In this document: positions 11,649 through 25,260 of the stretch, piece after piece | Layout of the letters: each line of letters opens with the position of its first letter | How positions within the stretch are numbered: the stretch's first letter is position 1 | Assembly: GCA_003971905.1 (NCBI GenBank) | Contig: RSEE01000113.1 | Location: forward strand, 62,001 to 126,000 | Source of the DNA: Moniliella sp. 'wahieum' | Lineage: Eukaryota | Length of the DNA stretch: 64,000 nucleotides | Direction: 5' to 3' | Translations under genes and position numbers: made by a program | Notes under the pieces: model-generated | The model's database searches: none | What the model saw: only the letters and a program-made list of their open reading frames with translations | Told to the model about the DNA's origin: nothing

Positions 11649-14600
11649 ATGGATGCCCTCCCCTCTGCACCCACCGCAGGAGCGGCCAGCATAGCCACCA
11701 TCGCACTTCCGTCCCCCACCACCCTCGTCGACCTGCTCGCCGTCCCCATTGGCACCACCCCCGCCATTTCCACGGCCACGTCCCAGCTGGCCACTGCGCT
11801 GAATGCCCTGCCCCCCACCCAATCCCCGCTCAACGCGCATGCATCTGCCGCCATTTCCCTCGGCCCCAGCCTGGTGCTTGCGCGCATCGCAGCTTCCTCC
11901 GGCCCAACCCTCGACCCCCCTTCCGCTGGTGAGACGGCCTCTGCTGACGTATACGCCAACATCCTCCACGCCTTCCTCCCTACTGCGGCCGAGGCCGGCG
12001 AGGCAGCCCATGCGCACATTCACACAGCTGTTGCAGCAGTGGCCAGCGCCTTTGCTGATGCCCACGCTGCCCATCGAGAAGGGGTGCGCGATCGAAGGGA
12101 GGCAAGGGCCTCGCACGAAGCCCGGAAACGATGGCGAGCCCAAGTTCGCGCTGCCCGCAAGGTCCGCAAAGCCCACTCTGTTCCCGATGCTGAACCCAGT
12201 GGATCCCCTCCCCTTCTCGCCGCTGGCCAACATCGCAGCACCATCTCTCCCCCACGCTCTCCCCCTTTCCCGCTCCCAACTGCCTCCACCACCCCCACCG
12301 CGCACCCACCCCATCCATTGGCCCCCATTCCGCCCAAGCCGCCACCTTGGTCGCTCGCTTGTTCTTGTCGCCCCCCCTGGTTCTTCCATTCCGCCGCGAT
12401 TGTCACGATCACTAGAAGATAATGAGAAGGCAGCAACAGCGGGAGGCGACTCTGCATGGCCGTCCTTGCCCTCACGTTCTCCTTCCCCTCCATTAGGGAC
12501 CTGCACCTTATTCCTTGTTCCTCCCGCGTCATCCAGCTCCTTCACACCTCCACTTCCTTCTGGTATGCCTAGCGCGCAAGAAGCACTTCTTGCCGTTTGG
12601 ATGCATGGGCTACTCGCCTGATTGATCGAGCAGGCGACGCGGCACGCTACTGTGCCTGCCATCCCCTCAGCCGCAGGACCACTCTTGGACGCGGGTGCTG
12701 GACTCTATGTGGCAGGCGTGCAAGTCAGCCTCTCGCCACGGAAGATGCAGGTAGCAGTGAAGGTACAGAGGGTGGATACCTCCTTCCGCCTTTCTCCACC
12801 CATCGTCTCCGCTGCGCCCATCTCCTACGGTTCGCTACGTTATCATGCCAGACTCGGTTTCTGCCCATTGTCTTGGACATCTCCGCTACGCCATATCCGC
12901 CCCCTTCCCCCCAATGTTGGCAACCGCCTTCCCTGCCCCCGAAAAGTCTCTTAATCTCTTAACGCGGGCGCGCAATACCTTAGAGGCCCTCCATCTGCGG
13001 TTACGGAAGCGAGTCCATCCGTTCTCTACCGATTCGCCTACTGCGCAGCTCATGGACCGCGACTGGGCCGAGGGCAACTTTCTCCTTCTGGCGGGCGCGG
13101 ACGAGAAACCATTTATTTGGCCTGCGTCACTTGTTTTGGGCCCTGACGCGACTGCTGCACCGAATGATCGCGAAGCGTCGAGCACCAAGTCATCCGCCAA
13201 AACGGCTGCTGGTCTGTCGCTTGCACTTCCTCCCCCTCGACTCCAAGCTGGGCCCGCAAAGTCTTCCGTGGCATCAGTGTACGGGGTGGCCCAACAAGCT
13301 GCTCGCCTGCTCGACGCTCTCTCTCAAACCGAGGTCCGGCGGGGGCTCGTGGTGGTCCAGACCCAGTTGATCCACCCAAGCCTTCCCCGCTCGAACCGGA
13401 GCCCAGAACAGGGATGGAGACCGAGCCAGAGGGGCCGATCGACTTGTGGGATCAGGTCTCCCCTCTAACTGAGCTGTTGCATTCTACGACGCGGAAGGAG
13501 AAGGAGAGTCCAGCGATCGCTCAAGCCTTCGGTTTCTACCTACGGCTTTTCGCCTGCTTCTTCTCCCTGGGCCGTCATGCTGCTGAAGGAAGCACACACA
13601 GCACCTACCTCACCACCCCTTGTACTCCCGGTGATCTACTTTCCCATCCCCGTCCGCACGCTACGGAGTCCGAGACCCGTCCCCCCTTGGCCCGCCTGCC
13701 CCTCCTATCCCGACCCGTCGACGATTCATGGCTCCTGTGGCCGCTACGCCTTCAGGAGTTTCAATGGCGGACATTCCCACGCCACTTCCCTTTGCCGGTA
13801 CACCGGTGCCGGTCGCTGGTGGGCCCAGTAGTCCCCACTCGTTCCACACCAAGTACATGGACACAGGGAAGTTTGCCTTGACGCAGGCTGAAGAGGATGA
13901 ACTCACAGAGGAGACACCAAAGGATGGGGAGGCCAGTCCCCATCGGTCGAGGGCTCGGATTCACTCGTTGCGCTGCGTGACAAGGACCTGGACCAATCCT
14001 GGCTCAGTTCGGATGAATCAGATTCCGAGTCGGGTTCCAACGCCTCTCCCGCTCCCGCTCGCAAAGCTCGGCCACCAGCTTCTCCCTCCCCCCCGAGCCG
14101 GTACGCACGCCCTGGTCCGAGGACGACTTGGTCCGGTTGACCCAGTGGGCCGAGACAGCGATGCACGTGCTGGACAACAAAGGCGAGGCGGACTTGGGTT
14201 GGATTGCTACTCCCGAAACACATGCTCCTATCCGAGAGGAAAAGGGGGAAATGGACGTGCCGAACACTCTGACTTTCCCGTCGGAGCGGGGCTCCCATAC
14301 GGTGCCGATCAACTGGGTCGGTCCCGCTCTTGGCCTAGCACTTTCCTCTCCGGCAGGGGCACTACACCCCACACCCCTCTTGCTGGGAGAAAATGATGAT
14401 CCCCCTACGCTTCCCGAGGACCCTTTGGCTTGGGTTGTCGACCAGCTTGGCCTGGCTCACCACCCTTTGTTTGGGATGGCCAATTTGCTCGCTACCATCA
14501 CCTCTGCCCGCAGCGAATTGGGTCTGAAGAGTGAACGAGCTCCTCTCATTGTTTCCCCTCCTGAGATCAGGACAGGCTTGCACACTGCTCCAGCCACCCT

Positions 14601-16549
14601 GACCCTATCGTCGGCAGCGTTACGCTTTTGGCCTACATTGGGACTGGCGCCTTTGTCGGGTGCCAAGGAAATCACCTCCATTATCCTTGTTCCCGATGGG
14701 GAAGAGGAGGGTCCTAACAAAAGCCGAGGTAAATATGGTTCTGTGCTGGCCTCGGAGACGTTGGAAGCAGTGGAAGCATGGCAACGAGCTTATGAGGTAT
14801 GTTCTTCCTCTGATAGAAGCGACAGGAGCAGCGGTACTAATCTTAACCTACGTTCTCAGAGGATGAACCTGGGCCCCTTTGGGATCGTGCAAGACCCGAT
14901 TCCTGTCCCGAGCAGCACGGCCGGTCCAGCCGGGTGGCTATCGAATGCGGGGCAGGTAAGCCAGCTGCTGACACGCGTCATCAACGCGATTCACGCCGAT
15001 CAAGAGCGGCGGGAGGAACAGGCGCGCCATCCTCCTACGTCTCACTTGGGTCGTGTGCGAACTCGTCCACAGAACGTGCATCCACTCAGCAAAGCCCGAC
15101 CGCAACTTACCGCGCATCACTACGTCCTTTGGCTTCCTTCGCCTCCCGAGCCGGCATCGATCAAGATGTGGGCACGGCAAGTCGGCGCGCTGGAGGCGAG
15201 TGTGCGCGCTCATGTGGGGTCGTGTCCAATTGGGCCAAGGATCGGGCCAATGTATCGGTGCGTCTACTTTCACCCACCGCCTCGAGCACAGACGCACTCA
15301 ATTTGTACGAGGCGCTGGGCGAGCGAGCCGTGCGGGACGGTGCAACGGCCAATCCCTTTCCTGAGCCGATCCACTCGGAAGCGGAAACGGTGCCTGCCAC
15401 CGGAGCCGCGTTCAGTTTGCTCTCCGCGCAATCTGTGCCTATGGATTTCCGCATGCGTTGGCCGTTGGCGTTGGGATCCGGAGTGCTGCACATTGCTATG
15501 TCGTGGCGCGGAGCCAGGACAAGGTGTGGGTAGCCAGTGTGGATGGACAAGCACGAGCTTGGGACGCGACCTGTGTGCCTGTGGGAACGACGGTGGTGCA
15601 AGCCGTATGGGACTATACTGTGAAGATCGCCATGCGTCGTGGAGAACGGCAGGCGATGGTGGTACTTGCTGCTCTGGACCCTGTACTGCCGCGCGAATAC
15701 TCAGCCTGGGCAGAAGTGATGCGCACTCAGCGCCCTGCTTGGGCGGAGAATGTGCTTCTCCTTCGCCCGTTCCACTCGGTACCTTTCACAATTCCAGTGG
15801 AGCTGAGGGCGTCCCTGCCGGGGGGCAAATCGGCAGATCTCGATGCCCCACCACCGTTTGCCATGCCATCCGCCGCCACGCCCAGGAGGTAAAAGGGGCA
15901 AGCCTTCCGTTTCCGTGTCAACCTACCACGATGTGGAGCATGCAGTTATGCGTCCCTCCCGTGCCGTGCGATGCACTTCCGCCGTGGCAGGAAACCCATG
16001 GCGTGGTGGACTCTTGCTGGCCACCTACCATATCCCATCCCGACGTCGGACGATGGAAAGGACAATGCCGGGCCACTTCCCTTTTGGACGGATGACGGAT
16101 GGCAGGCAGATCGCTTGTTGCCGCTGTGAAGGAGGAGGAGGCTTCCAAGCCGCGAGCTACTGCGACAGAGTCGACTGCCGAGGCTGGGGATGCAGCTGTG
16201 CTCGGCCTGGGCGAGGAAGCGATGGAACTCGGGGGATGGGGGGAGGGTGCGACGGAGGAGCCGGCCGAGGTCGGGGAAGTTTCCGATACCGATACTGGAC
16301 CAGGGAATGCAGCCAAGGGCGATGCACTGATACGGAGATGGATGCGGATTTGGGTGCGAAGCCATGGGTCAACCGACTGGTGCGGAGACGCTGGACCAAC
16401 TCTTCTCTCTTGCCTTGGCCTCCCTTCATGGGCTTGTCTCTGCCGCGCGCATTCGGCTGCACCCGACAGCCGAGCTGCCGTGGCACCTCGGTGGTACGTC
16501 TCTTGCGCGGACTGTAGGGCAGGGGGGGGTCCTGTTATTGTATGCCTGA
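11649..16549 (+). CDS. MED13: Mediator kinase-module subunit Med13 (Ssn2/Srb9)
   Basis: FIWPASL, KYMDTGKF, ALRFWPTLGLAPLSGAKEITSIILVP and C-terminal SLHGLVSAARIRLHPTAELPWHL match the Med13 pattern. Split over many frames by introns and apparent indels; exact structure and stop are uncertain. Confidence 0.8.
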
Positions 16550-17524
16550 TGCATGTGCGTTATGGCGTTGTTTCGATGGTGTGTTTCTTATGATAAGCAA
16601 AGCGCTCTCGTATTGCTGTCTTCTCGCAATCCCATGCACCACGTGCATCATGCGCCAATGTGTTGCGTCTTCTCACACAACTATATATTTCGCTGTTCGG
16701 GGTAATCGGTAACTGTTGGAGCGAGCGCTAATGCGCGAACAAGACAGGGAAGCCCCCCACAGTGGCAGTATATAGTGACCTAGTGACCGGAGTGACCCTG
16801 CGCACGCGAGCAAGATCATCCCAAAAAAAACAGTGTGGTCCCCGGCCATATAGTTATTACCTAGCGTGGGAACAGCCTAGTACGCTTGCCCCGTGCCAGT
16901 CCTTTTAATTTTATCCCCTTCATTCCTGCTCCCCTCTCGCTCTCCATCCATCTCCCCCAGGAGGTGAGTCTCACTCATCCAAGGGACGTTACCGTCTCTT
17001 GGATCTTATCAGTCTCAAGTGAAACATGGGGTGTTTTGTACCTTTTTGTACCCCAGCTGCTCGTCCCAGCTCGCTCGCTCCCGGGCCAGAGGAGGAGGGG
17101 GCGGGTCGTGCGTCCTTCCTGACTCAGTGCCCCCCCTACGCGCCACAACCATATGGGCTTAATGCATCCGCGGTACTTCGCAGCACAGCTGTTCTATACA
17201 CACGTCGCTAAAAAGGATCTAACTCTTTTATGTCGACACAACTCGCTCCCGGCCGAGGCGCACACGTGGATGCACTTATCCATGTGGTGGAACACTTCGT
17301 CTTAAGATGTCGCACCTCCGCCTTCTCTTCCGATCCTGGTAGTGGAGCGGCTCCGTAACTGCAAGCATTTTGTCGTTGTGCATATGGTTCCTGTCCCTGT
17401 CCGTTATCCTCTCTGCGCCGCACCATCAGTCGCTTCCGTGAGTGTCTTTATATACCTTTTGAGCAACTGCGGGAGAGAATATTCTCTTTCCCACCACCGC
17501 CACCACCCCTTCACTTCTTTTCTT

Positions 17525-20300
17525 ATGTCCATGTCTTACGGTGACAAGGAGGATCGGGCCAAGGAGGCCGTCATTGACGATCAACGGCTCCAGGAACCTC
17601 TACCCTACGAGGAAGACCATGAAGCTGCGTTTGACGGCATTGAACGCGACATTCGTCGCGAAATCACGGACGGTCGTCTGAACGACCCCAACCTTGATCC
17701 TGCCTTGTTGCGTGAGGCTGACTGGGCACTGAACAAGGGGGACGAGAAGGCGGAACTACGCCTGGAGGATGTAATTGAAGATGATTCTATTTACCCTGAG
17801 GTCCGCGCCGCCGTGAGCAATGTCGACGACTACAGCATGAAGGCTAATACCTTCCGTGCCTGGTTCATGGGCATAATTGCCTGCACTGTGCTCAGTGGCA
17901 TCAACATGTACTTCTCAGCTCAAGTATGTTCCACTCCGTGATTGCGTGGTTTTAGGGATGAGAGGCGTATGTCTGATCTGATTGTGTTACTCTGTACAGT
18001 GGCCCCAAATCACATTTCCATCGATTGCAGTGCAACTGTTTGCCTACCCCATTGGTGTAGCCATGGCCAAGATCCCTTACCCGCGCCACTGGCCGCTGGC
18101 GACCTGGTTCAATCCAGGTCCCTTTAACATTAAAGAGCACACCATGATCTCGGTGATGGCCACTGTCGGGGTGGGTTCAGCCTATAGTACCGACATCTTT
18201 ATCACCCAGCATGCCTTTTACGGTCAACATCTCACAGCAGGGTACATGATCCTACTTACTCTGTCGACGCAGATGATCGGTTTCTCGTACGCCGGGTGTT
18301 GTCGCCAGATCCTTGTTTGGCCCGCGTCGATGATCTGGCCAGTGAATCTAATCAACACAGCCTTCCTTACCTCGATGCACGAGAACAAAAAGGTTGGTAG
18401 CTTCCGTGGCTGGTCTCGGTTCAAGATGTTTTCCGTTGCGGCAGCTGTATTTTTTGTGTGGGAAGTTGTTCCCAACTACCTCTTTACCGGTTTGTCCGTC
18501 TTTTCTTGGCCCGCCTGGATCGCACCCAAGAACAAGGGGGTGAACCTCGTGTTTGGTGGCACGGGCGGGATCGGGTTCAACTTTATCTCTCTCGACTGGA
18601 TGCAGGTCTCCAGTGCCCTTGGCTCGCCCATCTATGTTCCCTGGTTTGCGATCGCCAATACGATTGTAGGGTATATGCTGATGATTGGCTTGGTTGCTCC
18701 CATAATATGGGCCACCAACACTAGGTACACTGGCTACCTCACTTTTAGCAACTCGGGAATCTACGACCGCTTTGGCCAAGAGTATAGTGTCGACTACGTG
18801 GTGAACGAGAACCTTGAATTGGACACGGCCAAGTACGAATCCTACTCGAAGGAGTATCTGAGCGCAGTACGTTATACTCCTTAATTCTTCTTCTCTCACA
18901 TGGCATTAGATGCCCACCCCTGTCGCCAAATGCTGACGGACCATATGTGATTGGGGGGGAAAAAGACGTTCCTTATTAGCTACTGCCTCAGCTTTGCTGT
19001 CATCACTGCTACATTAAGCCAGGTGGGATTGTACTATTGGAAAGACATTGTGCGGCAATGCCGTCGATCGCTCCACGAGGAGCCTGACATCCACGCTCGT
19101 CTCATGTCGCGGTACAAGGAAGTACCGTATTGGTGGTACGCAGCCATCTTTGGCATCTCGTTTGGTTTGGCGATCCCGTCGATTTATGTGTACAAGACAC
19201 AGCTGCCCATTTGGATGTTTATTGTGGCGCTACTGATGAGTGCCGTGTACACTGTTCCGATTGGCATCATCACTGCCATCACGTCCAACACCCCGGGCCT
19301 CAACGTGATTAGTGAGTTGATTGTAGGGTATGCCATTCCCGGTCGGCCGGTTGCTATGATGATCTTCAAAACGTTTGGTTACATGACCATGGCGCAAGCA
19401 GTGACCTTTGTCCAGGACCTCAAGTTGGGTCATTACATGAAGGTACCTCCCCGGGACATGTTCTGGGCTCAGATCGTCTCTACTGTATGGGCTTGCATTG
19501 TCCAAGTTGGCGTCACTGCTTTCCTCTTCAAATCTACCCACAACCTTTGCGGCGTCAACCCCAACGAGCCAATCCGTCCTGCCCACTTTACCTGCCAATA
19601 CCAAAAGACGTTTAGCTCAAGTGCAATCGTGTTCGGTTTGATTGGCCCAGGTACGTGAAGAGATCAGACACACCGTGTGTGTGGGCCTATAAAGGGCTTG
19701 CTGAACCATTGGAGAAAACTGACTGAGACGTGTGTGTGGCGGTATGGATTGCTTGTCCCTATCCGAAACAGGCGCCGTTTTGCTGTGGGGAAAACATATG
19801 GGGCGCTCAACATCATGTTCATCATTGGTGCAGTGATTCCGATCCCGACGTGGCTGATTGCCAAAAAGTACCCCAACTCGTGGGTGCGTCTGATCAATTG
19901 GCCTGTCTTTTTCGGTGCGACGGGCATGATGCCACCGGCAACGGGGATCAACTTTACGTCCTGGTTCATTGTTGGCTGGTTCTTCCAGTACTTCCTCCGT
20001 CGCCACTACTTTGAATTTTGGAGCGACTATAATTACGTCTTGTCGGCCGGATTTGACGTGGGCAGTTCGTTGGTCTCGTTCCTGCTGAGCGTGTGTCTCG
20101 AGGTGCCCGACACGCCCAAACTCGCTACAGACAATGTGTTTGCCGGCGATAATCTCTGGTGGGGGAACAAGGTGGAGAGCAACAATTTACAAGGCGCTCT
20201 CGAGCTCGTCCACAAGCCCGTTCCGCCACTCGGATTTGCTCCTGCGCCCAACGGGAAGTGGCTGCCCAATCCGATCCCACCCTCTTCTGGTTCGTCTTGA
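17525..20300 (+). CDS. OPT-family oligopeptide transporter
   Basis: SIYPEVRAAV, NTFRAW, NPGPFNIKEH, EPDIHARLMSRYKEVP and KLGHYMKVPPR signatures. Introns 17924-17999, 18867-18966 and ~19651-19771 (last junction is 1 nt out of phase). Confidence 0.95.
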
Positions 20301-20721
20301 CGGCGGCCGGATGACATCCGACGGATCACACCTTAGATCCTCCTGCCAGCCATTTTCTAACCCCTCACTTGTGTTCAGCTTTTCTCCTTGTCTCCTTATT
20401 GGCTCTGTATCCTTTTGCTATGGCCCCCATGCTGTTTTGCCAGTTCATGCACATGCTAGAGCCTACTACCTCGTGTTGATACTCCTGTGTTCCAGTATGC
20501 ATGTGACATTATACTTGTTCTGCTTCCAAGTGCGATGCATGGTGATAGCCCTCGCTGTGCCTTTTTGAAGGGTATGGACCCGGGTGCAGAAGTGGGCCGC
20601 ACCCAAAAGGCCCCGCAAACATCAGCATATTCATCCCATCCAGCTGAGGAGCAGACGCCTACCAAATGTGAGCAAGGAGGGAGACTCACTGCGCTCCGAA
20701 GCACATCCTGTCCCCCGTCCC

Positions 20722-23700
20722 TCACTTGTAGGGCATGGGACGAGTATGTTGAGCAGCGCGGAGGAAGCGCGTAGAGCGCTTGGCATTGGTCATTTTGAAC
20801 ATGCCTGCGCGGCGGAGAGTACGGAGGGGAATGCGGTACCCCTTGGCCATGGCCTTGCGGTACTGACGACGTTGTTTGGCACGTAGCCAGCGCTTGCGCA
20901 GCTGCTTGGGCGATACACCCGGGTCGTACGCTAGAGTCAACCGGTCGTCCGATGGCATACCATGTGATGCAGCTGACACGACCAAGCCGCGAATATCGGC
21001 GGTATCCTGGTGCGGAAGTAAGGCCTCGGCTTCCATGCGGGCGCGAATGTCGGCCGGGACACCGGGCGCTGTACCACGTGCTTCGCCCGGGGTGATGCCG
21101 TGCCGTCCCTCGTACTCGTCCTCCTCGAGCTCGGTGAGACGGTACCGTCCGTCCCGCTTCTCCTCCTTTCGTCGTAGTTCGCGGTACACATGGTTATCCA
21201 GCCGCTGGACAAGTTTTCGCAGCTGGATCGCCACACGCTTGCTCAACTTGGCTTCGACTCTGCGTGCACGAGCTTTACTTTGTACCTCGGCCAATTGGTC
21301 CTCTTTTGAGAGTGAGGCAAAGCGTTCCTTTTCTTCGAGCGCGCGTAGCATGCGTTCCTCGCGAGTTGGGGGCTTGCGTCCCTGCCGGGGTGCAATTCTC
21401 TTGCGCAGCTCCGCATCCACTTCGTCCCACGGCTGCATGTCCATCTCGGCACACGACATCCACCCACCCATCGCACGCTTAACGAAGTACTTGGCGGCCC
21501 GATCCAAGTTCTTGTACCCACCTTTCATGTAACCCTGCGGAGTGAAGTCAGCAAGTTTGGTGAGGAAATGAGTAATGATGTTGGTCGGCGGCGGGGGGCG
21601 ACGGAAACGGAAAAAGCGGCTGTAATCCGGCACGGGCGGTCGATCCAAGTGCAAATCCATCTCCCGGTTCGTACTCCGCATCCACGGCGCCAATTCGGCC
21701 AGCTTGTCGGCCCTTGCTTGCTCGGCGGGAGTAAGCAGGACCTGTTCTTCCGCCTCCTGCTCCGTCGGCACCGCCGCAGGGTCCGCTTGCTGCACCATTG
21801 CACCTGTCGAATCGGGTTCGGGCGTAGGCGCGAAAGGAGGCTCGAGCGTGACGGTGGTCGTCTGCGTCTGCAGGTGGGGTGAGGCAGCAAGAAGGGAGGG
21901 CGTGGGCGTTATCGATGGAGACGGGCCCGAAGAAGGGGGCATAGGCTCAGGTACAGGCGCAGGTGCAGGTGCAGGCGTAGAGGGAGACGAGGAGGGGGGC
22001 AAGGTATCCTTGCTGGGAGAATGGGCTAATCTTTGATCCTCCTGCGTCTGGGCAGGAAGAGCATCCGTCGCACTAGCATCCTCTTGTGCCGTCGCCGGAT
22101 GCACATCCTCGGCTCCCTGCTCCAGCAAGGGAGCAGTTTGCTTCTTTAATTTGGCTGCTTTCTTGCTCTTCTCCCATTCCAGCTGAGGTTTCCACGGCTC
22201 TTCCTCAGGGAGAGCAGGTGCGGATTTGTGTGCATCGGCGAGGTGGCGGGGCAATGGCGTTGAGGGTGCTTGGAGGATACGTTCCAGTTCCTCGGGGGGT
22301 GTAGCGAGGATCTTAAGTCGCTGCCGCTCGCGCCAAAGGTCCAACTGACGCCGGTATTGTCGATTTTGCTTGAAGAGGATATATTCGGCAACAATTTGCG
22401 GGTCCTTGTTGGGATTAGGGATGGCGCCAACAAGGGTGAGCTTCATGGCCCGATGCAAGGCCATGGTACCGGCCCCAATGTAAGGCACGTTGATGCCGGG
22501 TGTATCGTAGATGTAAACGGGCGGGACTGTGCGTCTCTCGTGTTTGATGTGCTCAGGCAACCGATCAAACTTGAGCTGATCCAACACCTTTTTTCGGCCA
22601 TGCGAACCTTCGTGGAACTTGGCGAATCCATATCTCCGTCTCTCTCCGGTCACGCGAACCGGGGTAGAAACTTTCTCGGTGCCACGGAATTCGATGGTCT
22701 CCGTCATGGCTTTCGAGCCGTTCACACCCACTCGACGCACAGCGTTGACCAAGGACGATTTGCCACTGTTGGGCATACCAAGTGCGACGGCGCGGATGGC
22801 CCATTCGGGCTCGTTGGCACCACGAAAGGCACCCTTGGCGGTACGAGGGGTAAACCAGGTACTGACATCACTCGGAATGAGACTCAGTTCGCGCGCGCGG
22901 TCCTTGAGCCATTGCACTACCGGTTTAATATCATCGTCTTTGTGCGTGTCGACAAACATGACTTGACCATAAGCCTTGGGCAAACCAAACTCGGCGTGTT
23001 TACGCTCGATACCTTGCCGCAAAGCTTCTTTGAGCCGAGGGTCGATCAAGTCGGCGGGGTGTAGACGACAAGGCGGGCAAAAGCAGCGGGGAGCATGGGT
23101 TCCAAATCCAGGTCCTTGAGCGTCCTGACTTGGGGGCGATATTTGAGACCGAGCGATTTCATGGTGTCTACGACCGCCTGGAGTGGCAGCTCACCACGGG
23201 CGGCGGCAGCGGTGCGGACAGCGAGCATGTCTTTTGGGTTGGGCAGCTGCAGCATTTTTTCAAACACGGGGTTGATACTAGTGAGGGGGATGCGGGCATC
23301 GCGGACCTCGATGACGAGGGGCAAACGGCCAGTTTGGGCGCGGGCCTTGCGGAGGAGCATGGGCATGTTGCGTTCGGCGTACCTCTGGTGGCCTGGATAC
23401 CACCCTTTGGTGGCAGCCGCGACGGTTACCTGGTCGGCGGGGGAGAGGACGAGGCCGTCTTCGTTGTCCTCGTGGTAGTTGGGGTTGACAACCGCATTGG
23501 AGTGGCGACGGGGGAAGTCAAAGAACTGGGGGTGCTGGAAGGCAAGGGTGGGGTGTTGGTCCAGAAGCTCGAGCGCGCGGCCAATGTTAGCCTCATGCTC
23601 GGGGGAAGGAGAGGGGCCGTTGCGGGCTAGAAAGGCAGCCTCGCTGGCGCTGAGCGTGGCACCGGAGCCAGGGGCTTTGGCGGCAGCAGCAGCGGCTTCG

Positions 23701-23909
23701 TCCTCTGCTTGGCCGACCATGGCCTCGACAATGTGGAGCTTGGCCTTGCGGCGCTCCTGCCTGACAGCGCGGAGGGTGGAGGCGAGGCGGGCGGTGGGGG
23801 TGGTGGGACGGGGGACGGGCAAGCCGGCGATGGCAGGCCAGGCGGGTGGCGGAGGCGGGCGTAGATGTGGGCGAGGGAGCAGCCGCCCCAGACGCCAGAC
23901 GGAGGACAT
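20722..23909 (-). CDS. MTG1: Mitochondrial ribosome-assembly GTPase, RbgA/YlqF circularly permuted family
   Basis: Arg-rich presequence-like N-terminus, WYPGH, IEVRDARIPLTSINP, G1 GMPNSGKSS and G3 DTPG. ORFs 23046-23909 and 20722-23049 are joined by a 1-nt frameshift at ~23055. Confidence 0.88.
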
Positions 23910-25260
23910 GGCGGTGGTGAGGGGGGGAGGTGCTTAAACGAGCCGACAGAGCAGGAAGAGATCAAAGCATTTTATTCGGGCGGAACACACGCCACCCATT
24001 CCGCTGCGCCGCCCCATACGCCCAAGTTTAGAGGCAGGCCCGCCAGGGCTAACTTGCACCCGAGGCCCGAGGCAGCAGCGATCATAAGGATCGAGATGAA
24101 CGTTGCTTCCCCTTCATCACGCCCCGCTCCCCTCCCTCCCGCCGCCTATCGAGCCCCGCGCAGCCCCATTTTACAACTCCATCGCCGCTCCTGGCCGCAT
24201 AAGCTATTAGCCTATTGGACCGTGGTGAGCGACGAGAAACCCTGGAGGGTAGCTTTTTGCGGACGTGCACCTGCCTAATTAATTTTGGCCACGAGGCGCA
24301 GGACTGTACTAGAAGTGAGTGTTGCTGGGTTACAGTGGATGGTCAACGCCCTGGAATTGGATCAGGTCAAGGTCCGAATCGTGGAAGGGGGGCACGAGAC
24401 GTATTTTGATGACCAACGTCCGGGTCTGTTCGTTACAAAGTCCTTGGTTCTTGTGTCCTATAACAGCGCGGAAATGGGGGGAAGGTGATGGCGGGGATTG
24501 GAGGGGCATCACTGATAGTTTAAGGGCGCTTTCCCTTGGAGCAGGACAGGCCACTCATTACTCACGGTTGAGCCCGAACACTACTGCAGATGCGGAAGGA
24601 GCTAGATACGAGGTGAGCCGGCGCTGCCTCTCAATTGGGGTGTAGGTTGCGTATGCGCCGGGACGAGCAAGGCAGTTAGCAGCGTGCCCAGTGTCAGGGA
24701 TGACGCGTGACGTCGATGACGGTCACCAATGAGATCTGACTGGCTGAGCCTGAGGCCTGATGAGCGCTGAGCCGAGCCTCCGCCAATCTCGGGGACAGGG
24801 TTGCCGAATAGGGGTTCAGCGTTAGCGGCTTATTAGCGCTTATATCCGCTCCCCGCAGCTCTTCCCTGGTGTGTACGTATGCGAGATGGTCGGAGTTAGT
24901 CCATGCTGGAGTATATTGTTTGGGGGCACAGAGGTTAAAAATAGTTGTGCTTCTGCTGCTCATGAACCGCGCGCGTGGCACGTGCCGGCCAAATGCAAGT
25001 TGGCATGGGCGAAGCCACCCTGGAACCCCAAGGAGATGGGAGATTCAGCAACGATGCGGGGCGGTACATCTGGCGCATCCGTGGTACCTCCCGTCAAGGA
25101 ACGCGGGGTTCCATTGTAAGTCATGTTCCTGCGGACTGCTGCGGAGGCCAGTCCGCGGCATTATTAAAACGATGCTCTGTCGACGCATCTCCCTTTTTCC
25201 CGAGCAAACCGACTTAAGTATCCTGGCTCAAGAGGTCATCTGAGCTGCCACCACACGATC

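Noticed and set aside
11520..12662. Long minus-strand ORF, and similar ones at 22270-23064, 33195-34268, 41709-42707 and 44131-45480
   Set aside because: Antisense shadows of real GC-rich genes, with no recognisable motifs.
11649..16549. Med13 MID/PIWI-like region as an Argonaute-type defence gene
   Set aside because: Motifs fit ordinary Med13, whose inactive PIWI-like fold is already known.
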